Source of the DNA: Pristiophorus japonicus
Taxonomy: Eukaryota
Assembly (NCBI RefSeq): GCF_044704955.1
Contig: NC_091995.1
Coordinates: forward strand, 56,606,001 to 56,670,000
DNA length: 64,000 bases
Direction: 5' to 3'
Positions 42,701-57,700 of this stretch are shown one piece after another. Position 1 is the first letter of the stretch. Every line of letters starts with the position of its first letter. A program made the position numbers and the translations under genes. The notes beneath the pieces were generated by a model. That model worked only from the letters and a program-made list of their open reading frames with translations, was not told the DNA's origin and made no database searches.

Positions 42701-45700
42701 AACCCCGACACAACACAACACAGAGCCCTGTAAATAAACCCCAACACAACACAACACAGAGCCCTGTAAATAAACCCCGACACAACACAACACAGGGCCC
42801 TGTAAATAAACCCCGACACAAAACAGAGCCCTGTAAATAAACCCCGACACAACACAACACAACACAGAGCCCTATAAATAAACCCCAATACAACACAGAG
42901 CCCTGTAAATAAACCCCAACACAACACAACACAACACAGAGCCCTGTAAATAAACCCCAACACAACACAGAGCCCTGTAAATAAATCCCGACACAACACA
43001 ACACAGTGCCCTGTAAATAAACCCCAACACAACACAACACAGAGCCCTGTAAATAAACCCTGACACAACACAACACAGTGCCCTGCAAATAAACCCCGAC
43101 ACAACACAACACAGTGTCCTGCAAATAAACCCCGACACAACACAACACAGAGCCCTGTAAATAAACCCCGACACAACACAACACAGAGCCCTGTAAATAA
43201 ACCCTGACACAACACAACGCCCTGTAAATCAACCCCGACACAACACAACACAGAGCCCTGGAAATAAACCCCAACACAACACAGAGCCCTGTAAATAAAC
43301 CCCAACACAACACAACACAGAGCCCTGTAAATAAACCCCAACACAACACAACACAGAGCCCTGTAAATAAACCCTGACACAACACAACGCCCTGTAAATC
43401 AACCCCGACACAACACAACACAGAGCCCTGGAAATAAACCCCAACACAACACAGAGCCCTGTAAATAAACCCCAACACAACACAACACAGAGCCCTGTAA
43501 ATAAACCCCAACACAACACAACACAGAGCCCTGTAAATAAACCCTGACACAACACAACGCCCTGTAAATCAACCCCGACACAACACAACACAGAGCCCTG
43601 GAAATAAACCCCGACACAACACAACACAGAGCCCTGTAAATAAACCCCGACACAACACAGTGCCCTGTAAATAAACCCCAACACAACACAGGGCCCTGTA
43701 AATAAACCCCGACACAACACAACACAACACAGAGCCCTGTAAATAAACCCCGACATAACACAACACAGGGCCCTGTAAATAAACCCCGACACAACACAAC
43801 ACAGAGCCCTGTAAATAAACCCCGACACAACACAACACAGAGCCCTGTAAATAAACCCCGACACAACACAACACAGAGCCCTGTAAATAAACCCCGACAC
43901 AACACAGTGCCCTGTAAATAAACCCCAACACATCACAACACAGAGCCCTGTAAATAAACCCCAACACAACACAGAGCCCTGTAAATAAACCCCAACACAA
44001 CACAACACAGGGCCCTGTAGATAAACCCCGACACAACACAGAGCCCTGTAAATAAACACCGACACAACACAGAGCCCTGTAAATAAACCCCGACACAACA
44101 CAACACAGAGCCCTGTAAATAAACCCCGACACAACACAACACAGGGCCCTGTAAATAAACCCCGACACAACACAACACAGGGCCCTGTAAATAAACCCCG
44201 GCACAACACAACACAGGGCCCTGTAAATAAACCCCGACACAAGACAACACAGAGCCCTGTAAATAAACCCCGACACAACACAACACAGGGCCCTGTAAAT
44301 AAACCCCGACACAACACAACACAGAGCCCTGTAAATAAACCCCAACACAACACAACACAGAGCCCTGTAAATAAACCCCGACACAACACAACACAGAGCC
44401 CTGTAAATAAAACCCGACACAACACAACTCAGAGACCTGTAAATAAACCCCAACACAACACAACACAGGGCCCGGGAAATAAACCCCAACACAACACAGA
44501 GCCCTGTAAATAAACCCCAACACAACACAGAGCCCTGTAAATAAACCCCAACACAACACAACGCCCTGTAAATAAACCCCGACACAACACAGAGCCCTGT
44601 AAATAAACCCCGACACAACACAACACAGGGCCCTGTAAATAAACCCCGACACAACACAACACAGAGCCCTGTAAATAAACCCCGACACAACACAACACAG
44701 GGCCCTGTAAATAAACCCCGACACAACACAACACAGGGCCCTGTAAATAAACCCCGACACAAAACAGAGCCCTGTAAATAAACCCCGACACAACACAACA
44801 CAACACAGAGCCCTATAAATAAACCCCAACACAACACAACACAACACAGAGCCCTATAAATAAACCCCAACACAACACAGAGCCCTATAAATAAACCCCA
44901 ACACAACACAACACAACACAGAGCCGTGTAAATAAACCCCAACACAACACAGAGCCCTGTAAATAAATCCCGACACAACACAACACAGTGCCCTGTAAAT
45001 AAACCCCAACACAACACAACACAGAGCCCTGTAAATAAACCCTGACAGAACACAACACAGTGCCCTGTAAATAAACCCCGACACAACACAACACAACGCC
45101 CTGCAAATAAACCCCGACACAACACAACACACGGCCCTGTAAATAAACCCCAACACAACACAACACAGAGCCCTGTAAATAAACCCTGACACAACACAAC
45201 ACAGTGCCCTGTAAATAAACCCCGACACAACACAACACAGGGCCCTGTAAATAAACCCCGACACAACACAACACAGTGTCCTGTAAATAAACCCCGACAC
45301 AACACAACACAGAGCCCTGTAAATAAACCCCGACACAACACAACACAGAGCCCTGTAAATAAACCCCAACACAACACAACACAGAGCCCTGTAAATAAAC
45401 CCCGACACAACACAACACAGGGCCCTGTAAATAAACCCCGACACAAAACAGAGCCCTGTAAATAAACCCCGACACAACACAACACAACACAGAGCCCTGT
45501 AAATAAACCCCGACATAACACAACACAGGGCCCTGTAAATAAACCCTGACACAACACAACACAGAGCCCTGTAAATAAACCCCGACACAACACAACACAG
45601 AGCCCTGTAAATAAACCCCGACACAACACAACACAGAGCCCTGTTAATAAATCCCGACACAACACAACACAGAGCCCTGTAAATAAACCCCGACACAACA

Positions 45701-48700
45701 CAACACAGAGCCCTGTAAATAAACCCCGACACAACACAACACAGAGCCCTGTAAATAAACCCCAACACAGCACAACACAGAGCCCTGTAAATAAACCCCG
45801 ACACAACACAACACAGAGCCCTGTAAATAAACCCCGACACAACACAGTGCCCTGTAAATAAACCCCAACACATCACAACACAGAGCCCTGTAAATAAACC
45901 CCAACACAACACAACACAGGGCCCTGTAAATACACCCCGACACAACACAGAGCCCTGTAAATAAACACCGACACAACACAGAGCCCTGTAAATAAACCCC
46001 AACACATCACAACACAGAGCCCTGTAAATAAACCCCAACACAACACAACACAGAGCCCTGTAAATAAACCCCAACACAACACAACACAGAGCCCTGTAAA
46101 TAAACCCCGACACAACACAACACAGAGCCCTGTAAATAAAACCCGACACAACACAACACAGAGACCTGTAAATAAACCCCAACACAACACAGAGCCCTGT
46201 AAATAAACCCCAACACAGCACAACACAGAGCCCTGTAAATAAGCCCCGACACAACACAACACAGAGCCCTGGAAATAAACCCCGACACAACACAACACAG
46301 AGCCCTGTAAATAAACCCCAACACAACACAACACAGGGCCCGGGAAATAAACCCCAACACAACACAGAGCCCTGTAAATAAACCCCAACACAACACAGAG
46401 CCCTGTAAATAAACCCCAACACAACACAACGCCCTGTAAATAAAGCCCGACACAACACAGAGCCCTGTAAATAAACCCCGACACAACACAGAGCCCTGTA
46501 AATAAACCCCGACACAACACAACACAGAGCCCTGTAAATAAACCCCGACACAACACAACACAGGGCCCTGTAAATAAACCCCGACACAACACAACACAGG
46601 GCCCTGTAAATAAACCCCGACACAAAACAGAGCCCTGTAAATAAACCCCGACACAACACAACACAACACAGAGCCCTATAAATAAACCCCAACACAACAC
46701 AACACAACACAGAGCCCTATAAATAAACCCCAACACAACACAGAGCCCTATAAATAAACCCCAACACAACACAGAGCCCTGTAAATAAACCCCAACACAA
46801 CACAACACAACACAGAGCCCTGTAAATAAACCCCAACACAACACAGAGCCCTGTAAATAAATCCCGACACAACACAACACACGGCCCTGTAAATAAACCC
46901 CAACACAACACAACACAGAGCCCTGTAAATAAACCCTGACACAACACAACACAGTGCCCTGTAAATAAACCCCGACACAACACAACACAGTGCCCTGTAA
47001 ATAAACCCCGACACAACACAACACAGGGCCCTGTAAATAAACCCCGACACAACACAACACAGTGTCCTGTAAATAAACCCCGACACAACACAACACAGAG
47101 CCCTGTAAATAAACCCCAACACAACACAACACAGAGCCCTGTAAATAAACCCCGACACAACACAACACAGGGCCCTGTAAATAAAACCCGACACAAAACA
47201 GAGCCCTGTAAATAAACCCCGACACAACACAACACAACACAGAGCCCTATAAATAAACCCCAATACAACACAACACAGATCCCTATAAATAAACCCCAAC
47301 ACAACACAGAGCCCTATAAATAAACCCCAACACAACACAGAGCCCTGTAAATAAACCCCAACACAACACAACACAACACAGAGCCCTGTAAATAAACCCC
47401 AACACAACACAACACAGTGCCCTGTAAATAAACCCCAACACAACACAACACAGAGCCCTGTAAATAAACCCTGACACAACACAACACAGTGCCCTGTAAA
47501 TAAACCCCGACACAACACAACACAGTGCCCTGTAAATAAACCCCGACACAACACAACACAGAGCCCTGTAAATAAACCCCAACACAACACAACACAGAGC
47601 CCTGTAAATAAACCCCGACACAACACAACACAGGGCCCTGTAAATAAACCCCAACACAACACAACACAGAGCCCTGTAAATAAACCCCGACACAACACAA
47701 CACAGAGCCCTATACAGAAACGCTGACACAACACAACACAACACAGAGCCCTATAAATAAACCCCAACACAACACAACACAGAGCCCTATAAATAAACCC
47801 CAACACAACACAGAGCCCTGTAAATAAACCCCAACACAACACAACACAACACAGAGCCCTGTAAATAAACCCCAACACAACACAGAGCCCTGTAAATAAA
47901 TCCCGACACAACACAACACAGTGCCCTGTAAATAAACCCCAACACAACACAACACAGAGCCCTGTAAATAAACCCTGACACAACACAACGCCCTGTAAAT
48001 AAACCCCGACACAACACAACACAGAGCCCTGTAAATAAACCCCAACACAACACAACACAGAGCCCTGTAAATAAACCCCGACACAACACAACACAGAGCC
48101 CTGTAAATAAACCCCGACACAACACAACACAGAGCCCTGTAAATAAACCCCGACACAACACAGTGCCCTGTAAATAAAACCCGACACAACACAGGGCCCT
48201 GTAAATAAACCCCGACACAACACAACACAACACAGAGCCCTGTAAATAAACCCCGACATAACACAACACAGGGCCCTGTTAATAAACCCCGACACAACAC
48301 AACACAGAGCCCTGTAAATAAACCCCGACACAACACAACACAGAGCCCTGTAAATAAACCCCAACACAGCACAACACAGAGCCCTGGAAATAAACCCCGA
48401 CACAACACAACACAGAGCCCTGTAAATAAACCCCGACACAACACAGTGCCCTGCAAATAAACCCCAACACATCACAACACAGAGCCCTGTAAATAAACCC
48501 CAACACAACACAGAGCCCTGTAAATAAACCCCAACACAACACAACACAGGGCCCTGTAAATAAACCCCGACACAACACAGAGCCCTGTAAATAAACACCG
48601 ACACAACACAGAGCCCTGTAAATAAACCCCGACACAACACAACACAGAGCCCTGGAAATAAACCCCGACACAACACAACACAGGGCCCTGTAAATAAACC

Positions 48701-51700
48701 CCGACACAACACAACACAGGGCCCTGTAAATAAACCCCGACACAACACAACACAGGGCCCTGTAAATAAACCCCGACACAACACAACACAGAGCCCTGTA
48801 AATAAAGCCCGACACAACACAACACAGGGCCCTGTAAATAAACCCCGACACAACACAACACTGAGCCCTGTAAATAAACCCCGACACAACACAACACAGA
48901 GCCCTGTAAATAAACCCCAACACAGCACAACACAGAGCCCTGTAAATAAACCCCGACACAACACAACACTGAGCCCTGTAAATAAACCCCGACACAACAC
49001 AACACAGAGCCCTGTAAATAAACCCCGACACAACACAGGGCCCTGGAAATAAACCCCAACACAACACAGAGCCCTGTAAATAAACCCCAACACAACACAG
49101 AGCCCTGTAAATAAACCCCAACACAACACAACACAGAGCCCTGTAAATAAACCCCGACACAACACAGAGCCCTGTAAATAAACCCCGACACAACACAGAG
49201 CCCTGTAAATAAACCCCGACACAACACAACACAGAGCCCTGTAAATAAACCCCGACACAACACAACACAGGGCCCTGTAAATAAACCCCGACACAACACA
49301 ACACAGGGCCCTGTAAATAAAACCCGACACAAAACAGAGCCCTGTAAATAAACCCCGACACAACACAACACAGAGCCCTATAAATAAACCCCAACACAAC
49401 ACAACACAACACAGAGCCCTGTAAATAAACCCCAACACAACACAGGGCCCTGTAAATAAACCCCAACACAACACAGAGCCCTGTAAATAAACCCCAACAC
49501 AACACAACACAGAGCCCTGTAAATAAACCCCGACACAACACAACACAGAGCCCTGTAAATAAACCCCGACACAACACAACACAGTGCCCTGTAAATAAAC
49601 CCCAACACAACACAACACAGAGCCCTGTAAATAAACCCCAACACAACACAGGGCCCTGTAAATAAACCCCGACACAACACAACACAACACAGAGCCCTGT
49701 AAATAAACCCCGACATAACACAACACAGGGCCCTGTAAATAAACCCCGACACAACACAACACAAAGCCCTGTAAATAAACCCCGACACAACACAACACAG
49801 AGCCCTGTAAATAAACCCCGACACAACACAACACAGAGCCCTGTAAATAAACCCCGACACAACACAACACAGAGCCCTGTAAATAAACCCCGACACAACA
49901 CAACACAGAGCCCTGTAAATAAACCCCAACACAGCACAACACAGAGCCCTGTAAATAAACCCCGACACAACACAACACAGAGCCCTGTAAATAAACCCCG
50001 ACACAACACAACACAGAGCCCTGTAAATAAACCCCGACACAACACATTGCCCTGTAAATAAACCCCAACACATCACAACACAGAGCCCTGTAAATAAACC
50101 CCAACACAACACAACACAACACAGAGCCCTGTAAATAAACCCCAACACAACACAACACAGGGCTCTGTAAATAAACCCCGACACAACACAGAGCCCTGTA
50201 AATAAACACCGACACAACACAGAACCCTGTAAATAAACCCCGACACAACACAACACAGAGCCCTGTAAATAAACCCCGACACAACACAACACAGGGCCCT
50301 GTAAATAAACCCCGACACAACACAACACAGAGCCCTGTAAATAAACCCCGACACAACACAACACAGGGCCCTGTAAATAAACCCCGACACAACACAACAC
50401 AGAGCCCTGTAAATAAACCCCGACACAACACAGTGCCCTGTAAATAAACCCCGACACAACACAGAGCCCTGTAAATAAACCCCAACACAACACAGAGCCC
50501 TGTAAATAAACCCCAACACAACGCCCTGTAAATAAACCCCGACACAACACAACACAGAGCCCTGTAAATAAACCCCGACACAACACAACACAGAGCCCTG
50601 TAAATAAACCCCGACACAACACAACACAGGGCCCTATAAATAAACCCCGACACAAAACAGAGCCCTGTAAATAAACCCCGACACAACACAACACAACACA
50701 GAGCCCTATAAATAACCCCCAACACAACACAACACAACACAGAGCCCTATAAATAAACCCCAACACAACACAGAGCCCTATAAATAAACCCCAACACAAC
50801 ACAGAGCCCTGTAAATAAACCCCAACACAACACAAAGCCCTGTAAATAAACCCCAACACAACACAGAGCCCTGTAAATAAATCCCGACACAACACAACAC
50901 AGTGCCCTGTAAATAAACCCCAACACAACACAACACAGAGCCCTGTAAATAAACCCTGACACAACACAACACAGTGCCCTGTAAATAAACCCCGACACAA
51001 CACAACACAACGCCCTGCAAATAAACCCCGACACAACACAACACAGAGCCCTGTAAATAAACCCTGACACAACACAACACAGTGCCCTGTAAATAAACCC
51101 TGACACAACACAACACAGTGCCCTGTAAATAAACCCCGACACAACACAACACAGGGCCCTGTAAATAAACCCCGACACAACACAACACAGTGTCCTGTAA
51201 ATAAACCCCGACACAACACAACACAGAGCCCTGTAAATAAACCCCGACACAACACAACACAGAGCCCTGTAAATAAACCCCAACACAACACAACACAGAG
51301 CCCTGTAAATAAACCCCGACACAACACAACACAGGGCCCTGTAAATAAACCCCGACACAAAACAGAGCCCTGTAAATAAACCCCGACACAACACAACACA
51401 ACACAGAGCCCTATAAAAAAACCCCAACAAAACACAGAGCCCTATAAATAAACCCCAACACAACACAGAGCCCTGTAAATAAACCTCAACACAACACAAC
51501 ACAGAGCCCTGTAAATAAACCCCAACACAACACAGAGCCCTGTAAATAAATCCCGACACAACACAACAGTGCCCTGTAAATAAACCCCAACACAACACAA
51601 CACAGAGCCCTGTAAATAAACCCTGACACAACACAACACAGTGCCCTGTAAATAAACCCCGACACAACACAACACAGTGTCCTGTAAATAAACCCCGACA

Positions 51701-54700
51701 CAACACAACACAGAGCCCTGTAAATAAACCCCAACACAACACAACACAGAGCCCTGTAAATAAACCCCAACACAACACAACACAGAGCCCTGTAAATAAA
51801 CCCCGACACAACACAACACAGAGCCCTGTAAATAAACCCCGACACAACACAACACAGAGCCCTGGAAATAAACCCCGACACAACACAACACAGAGCCCTG
51901 TAAAAAAAACCCTGACACAACACAACACAGAGCCCTGTAAATAAACCCCGACACAACACAGTGCCCTGTAAATAAACCCAACACAACACAACACCGAGCC
52001 CTGTAAATAAACCCCAACACAACACAACACAGGGCCCTGTAAATAAACCGCAACACAACACAACACAGGGCCCTGTAAATAAACCCCGACACAACACAAC
52101 ACAGAGCCCTGTAAATAAACCCCAACACAACACAACATAGGGCCCTGTAAATAAACCCCAACACAACACAGAGCCCTGTAAATAAACCCCAACACAACAC
52201 ATCACAGAGCCCTGTAAATAAACCCCGACACAACACAGAGCCCTGTAAATAAAGCCCGACACAACACAGAGCCCTGTAAATAAACCCCGACACAACACAA
52301 CACAGAGCCCTGTAAATAAACCCCGACACAACACAACACAGGGCCCTGTAAATAAACCCCGACACAACACAACACACGGCCCTGTAAATAAACCCCGACA
52401 CAACACAGAGCCCTGTAAATAAACCCCGACACAACACAACACAGAGCCCTATAAATAAACCCTGACACAACACAACACAACACAGAGCCCTATAAATAAA
52501 CCCCAACACAACACAACACAGAGCCCTGTAAATAAACCCCAACACAACACAGAGCCCTGAAAATAAATCCCGACACAACACAACACAGTGCCCTGTAAAT
52601 AAACCCCAACACAACACAGAGCCCTGTAAATAAACCCTGAACACAACACAACGCCCTGTAAATAAACCCCGACACAACACAACACAGAGCCCTGTAAATA
52701 AACCCCAACACAACACAACACAGAGCCCTGTAAATAAACCCCAACACAACACAACACAGAGCCCTGTAAATAAACCCCAACACAACACAACACAGAGCCC
52801 TGTAAATAAACCCCAACACAACACAACACAGAGCCCTGTAAATAAACCCCGACACAACACAACACAGAGCCCTGTAAATAAACCCCGACACAACACAACA
52901 CAGAGCCCTGTAAATAAACCCCAACACAACACAGGGCCCTGTAAATAAACCCCAACACAACACAACACAACACAGAGCCCTGTAAATAAACCCCGACATA
53001 ACACAACACAGGGCCCTGTAAATAAACCCCGACACAACACAACACAGAGCCCTGTAAATAAACCCCGACACAACACAACACAGAGCCCTGTAAATAAACC
53101 CCGACACAACACAACACAGAGCCCTGTTAATAAACCCCGACACAACACAACACAGAGCCCTGTAAATAAACCCCGACACAACACAACACAGAGCCCTGTA
53201 AATAAACCCCGACACAACACAACACAGGGCCCTGTAAACAAACCCCGACACAACACAGAGCCCTGTAAATAAACACCGACACAACACAGCGCCCTGTGAA
53301 TAAACCCCGACACAACACAACACAGAGCCCTGTAAATAAACCCCGACACAACACAACACAGGGCCCTGTAAATAAACCCCGACACAACACAACACAGGGC
53401 CCTGTAAATAAACCCCGACACAACACAACACAGAGCCCTGTAAATAAACCCCGACACAACACAACACAGAGCCCTGTAAATAAACCCCAACACAACACAA
53501 CACAGAGCCCTGTAAATAAACCCCAACACAACACAACACAGAGCCCTGTAAATAAACCCCGACACAACACAACACAGAGCCCTGTAAATAAACCCCAACA
53601 CAGCACAACACAGAGCCCTGTAAATAAACCCCGACACAACACAACACAACACAGAGCCCTGTAAATAAACCCCAACACAACACAGGGCCCTGTAAATAAA
53701 CCCCAACACAACACAACACAACACAGAGCCCTGTAAATAAACCCCGACATAACACAACACAGGGCCCTGTAAATAAACCCCGACACAACACAACACAGAG
53801 CCCTGTAAATAAACCCCGACACAACACAACACAGAGCCCTGTAAATAAACCCCGACACAACACAACACAGAGCCCTGTTAATAAACCCCGACACAACACA
53901 ACACAGAGCCCTGTAAATAAACCCCGACACAACACAACACAGAGCCCTGTAAATAAACCCCGACACAACACAACACAGGGCCCTGTAAATAAACCCCGAC
54001 ACAACACAACACAGAGCCCTGTAAATAAACCCCGACACAACACAACACAGAGCCCTGTAAATAAACCCCAACACAACACAACACAGAGCCCTGTAAATAA
54101 ACCCCAACACAACACAACACAGAGCCCTGTAAATAAACCCCGACACAACACAACACAGAGCCCTGTAAATAAACCCCAACACAGCACAACACAGAGCCCT
54201 GTAAATAAACCCCGACACAACACAACACAACACAGAGCCCTATAAATAAAGCCCAACACAACACAACACAACACAGAGCCCTATAAATAAACCCCAACAC
54301 AACACAGAGCCCTGTAAATAAACCCCAACACAACACAACACAACACAGAGCCCTGCAAATAAATCCCGACACAACACAACACAGTGCCCTGTAAATAAAC
54401 CCCAACACAACACAACACAGAGCCCTGTAAATAAACCCTGACAGAACACAACACAGTGCCCTGTAAATAAACCCCGACACAACACAACACAACGCCCTGC
54501 AAATAAACCCCGACACAACACAACACACGGCCCTGTAAATAAACCCCAACACAACACAACACAGAGCCCTGTAAATAAACCCTGACACAACACAACACAG
54601 TGCCCTGTAAATAAACCCCGACACAACACAACACAGGGCCCTGTAAATAAACCCCGACACAACACAACACAGTGTCCTGTAAATAAACCCCGACACAACA

Positions 54701-57700
54701 CAACACAGAGCCCTGTAAATAAACCCCGACACAACACAACACAGAGCCCTGTAAATAAACCCCAACACAACACAACACAGAGCCCTGTAAATAAACCCCG
54801 ACACAACACAACACAGGGCCCTGTAAATAAACCCCGACACAAAACAGAGCCCTGTAAATAAACCCCGACACAACACAACACAACACAGAGCCCTATAAAT
54901 AAACCCCAATACAACACAACACAGATCCCTATAAATAAACCCCAACAAAACACAGAGCCCTATAAATAAACCCCAACACAACACAGAGCCCTGTAAATAA
55001 ACCCCAACACAACACAACACAGAGCCCTGTAAATAAACCCCAACACAACACAGAGCCCTGTAAATAAATCCCGACACAACACAACACAGTGCCCTGTAAA
55101 TAAACCCCAACACAACACAACACAGAGCCCTGTAAATAAACCCTGACACAACACAACACAGTGCCCTGTAAATAAACCCCGACACAACACAACACAGTGT
55201 CCTGCAAATAAACCCCGACACAACACAACACAGAGCCCTGTAAATAAACCCCAACACAACACAACACAGAGCCCTGTAAATAAACCCCAACACAACACAA
55301 CACAGAGCCCTGTAAATAAACCCCGACACAACACAACACAGAGCCCTGTAAATAAACCCCGACACAACACAACACAGAGCCCTGTAAATAAACCCCGACA
55401 CAACACAACACAGAGCCCTATACATAAACCCTGACACAACACAACACAACACAGAGCCCTGTAAATAAACCCCAACACAACACAACACAGAGCCCTATAA
55501 ATAAACCCCAACACAACACAGAGCCCTGGAAATAAACCCCAACACAACACAACACAACACAGAGCCCTGTAAATAAACCCCAACACAACACAGAGCCCTG
55601 TAAATAAATCCCGACACAACACAACACAGTGCCCTGTAAATAAACCCCAACACAACACAACACAGAGCCCTGTAAATAAACCCTGACACAACACAACGCC
55701 CTGTAAATAAACCCCGACACAACACAACACAGAGCCCTGTAAATAAACCCCAACACAACACAACACAGAGCCCTGTAAATAAACCCCAACACAACACAAC
55801 ACAGAGCCCTGTAAATAAACCCCAACACAACACAACACAGAGCCCTGTAAATAAACCCCGACACAACACAACACAGAGCCCTGTAAATAAACCCCGACAC
55901 AACACAGTGCCCTGTAAATAAACCCCAACACAACACAGGGCCCTGTAAATAAACCCCGACACAACACAACACAACACAGAGCCCTGTAAATAAACCCCGA
56001 CATAACACAACACAGGGCCCTGTAAATAAACCCCGACACAACACAACACAGAGCCCTGTAAATAAACCCCAACACAGCACAACACAGAGCCCTGGAAATA
56101 AACCCCGACACAACACAACACAGAGCCCTGTAAATAAACCCCGACACAACACAGTGCCCTGTAAATAAACCGCAACACATCACAACACAGAGCCCTGTAA
56201 ATAAACCCCAACACAACACAGAGCCCTGTAAATAAACCCCAACACAACACAACACAGAGCCCTGTAAATAAACCCCAACACAACACAACACAGGGCCCTG
56301 TAAATAAACCCCGACACAACACAGAGCCCTGTAAATAAACACCGACACAACACAGAGCCCTGTAAATAAACCCCGACACAACACAACACAGAGCCCTGTA
56401 AATAAACCCCGACACAACACAACACAGGGCCCTGTAAATAAACATCGACACAACACAACACAGGGCCCTGTAAATAAACCCCGACACAACACAACACTGA
56501 GCCCTGTAAATAAACACCGACACAACACAACACAGAGCCCTGTAAATAAACCCCAACACAGCACAACACAGAGCCCTGTAAATAAACCCCGACACAACAC
56601 AACACAGAGCCCTGTAAATAAACCCCGACACAACACAACACAGAGCCCTGTAAATAAACCCCGACACAACACAGGGCCCTGGAAATAAACCCCAACACAA
56701 CACAGAGCCCTGTAAATAAACCCCAACACAACACAGAGCCCTGTAAATAAACCCCAACACAACACAACAGAGCCCTGTAAATAAACCCCGACACAACACA
56801 GAGCCCTGTAAATAAACCCCGACACAACACAGAGCCCTGTAAATAAACCCCGACACAACACAACACAGAGCCCTGTAAATAAACCCCGACACAACACAAC
56901 ACAGGGCCCTGTAAATAAACCCCGACACAACACAACACAGGGCCCTGTAAATAAAACCCGACACAAAACAGAGCCCTGTAAATAAACCCCGACACAACAC
57001 AACACAACACAACACAGAGCCCTATAAATAAACCCCAACACAACACAACACAACACAGAGCCCTGTAAATAAACCCCAACACAACACAGGGCCCTGTAAA
57101 TAAACCCCAACACAACACAGAGCCCTGTAAATAAACCCCAACACAACACAACACAGAGCCCTGTAAATAAACCCCGACACAACACAACACAGTGCCTTGT
57201 AAATAAACCCCAACACAACACAACACAGAGCCCTGTAAATAAACCCCAACACAACACAGGGCCCTGTAAATAAACCCCGACACAACACAACACAACACAG
57301 AGCCCTGTAAATAAACCCCGACATAACACAACACAGGGCCCTGTAAATAAACCCCGACACAACACAACACAGAGCCCTGTAAATAAACCCCGACACAACA
57401 CAACACAGAGCCCTGTAAATAAACCCCGACACAACACAACACAGAGCCCTGTAAATAAACCCCGACACAACACAGTGCCCTGTAAATAAACCCCAACACA
57501 TCACAACACAGAGCCCTGTAAATAAACCCCAACACAACACAACACAGGGCCCTGTAAATAAACCCCGACACAACACAGAGCCCTGTAAATAAACACCGAC
57601 ACAACACAACACAGAGCCCTGTAAATAAACCCCAACACAACACAACACAGAGCCCTGTAAATAAACCCCAACACAGCACAACACAGAGCCCTGTAAATAA

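Noticed and set aside
12540-46170. Recursive-splice-like AG|GT variants (CAG|GTCTCT, CAG|GTCACT on the minus strand)
   Set aside because: The regenerated donors are far from GTRAGT, and their distribution follows the block duplications.
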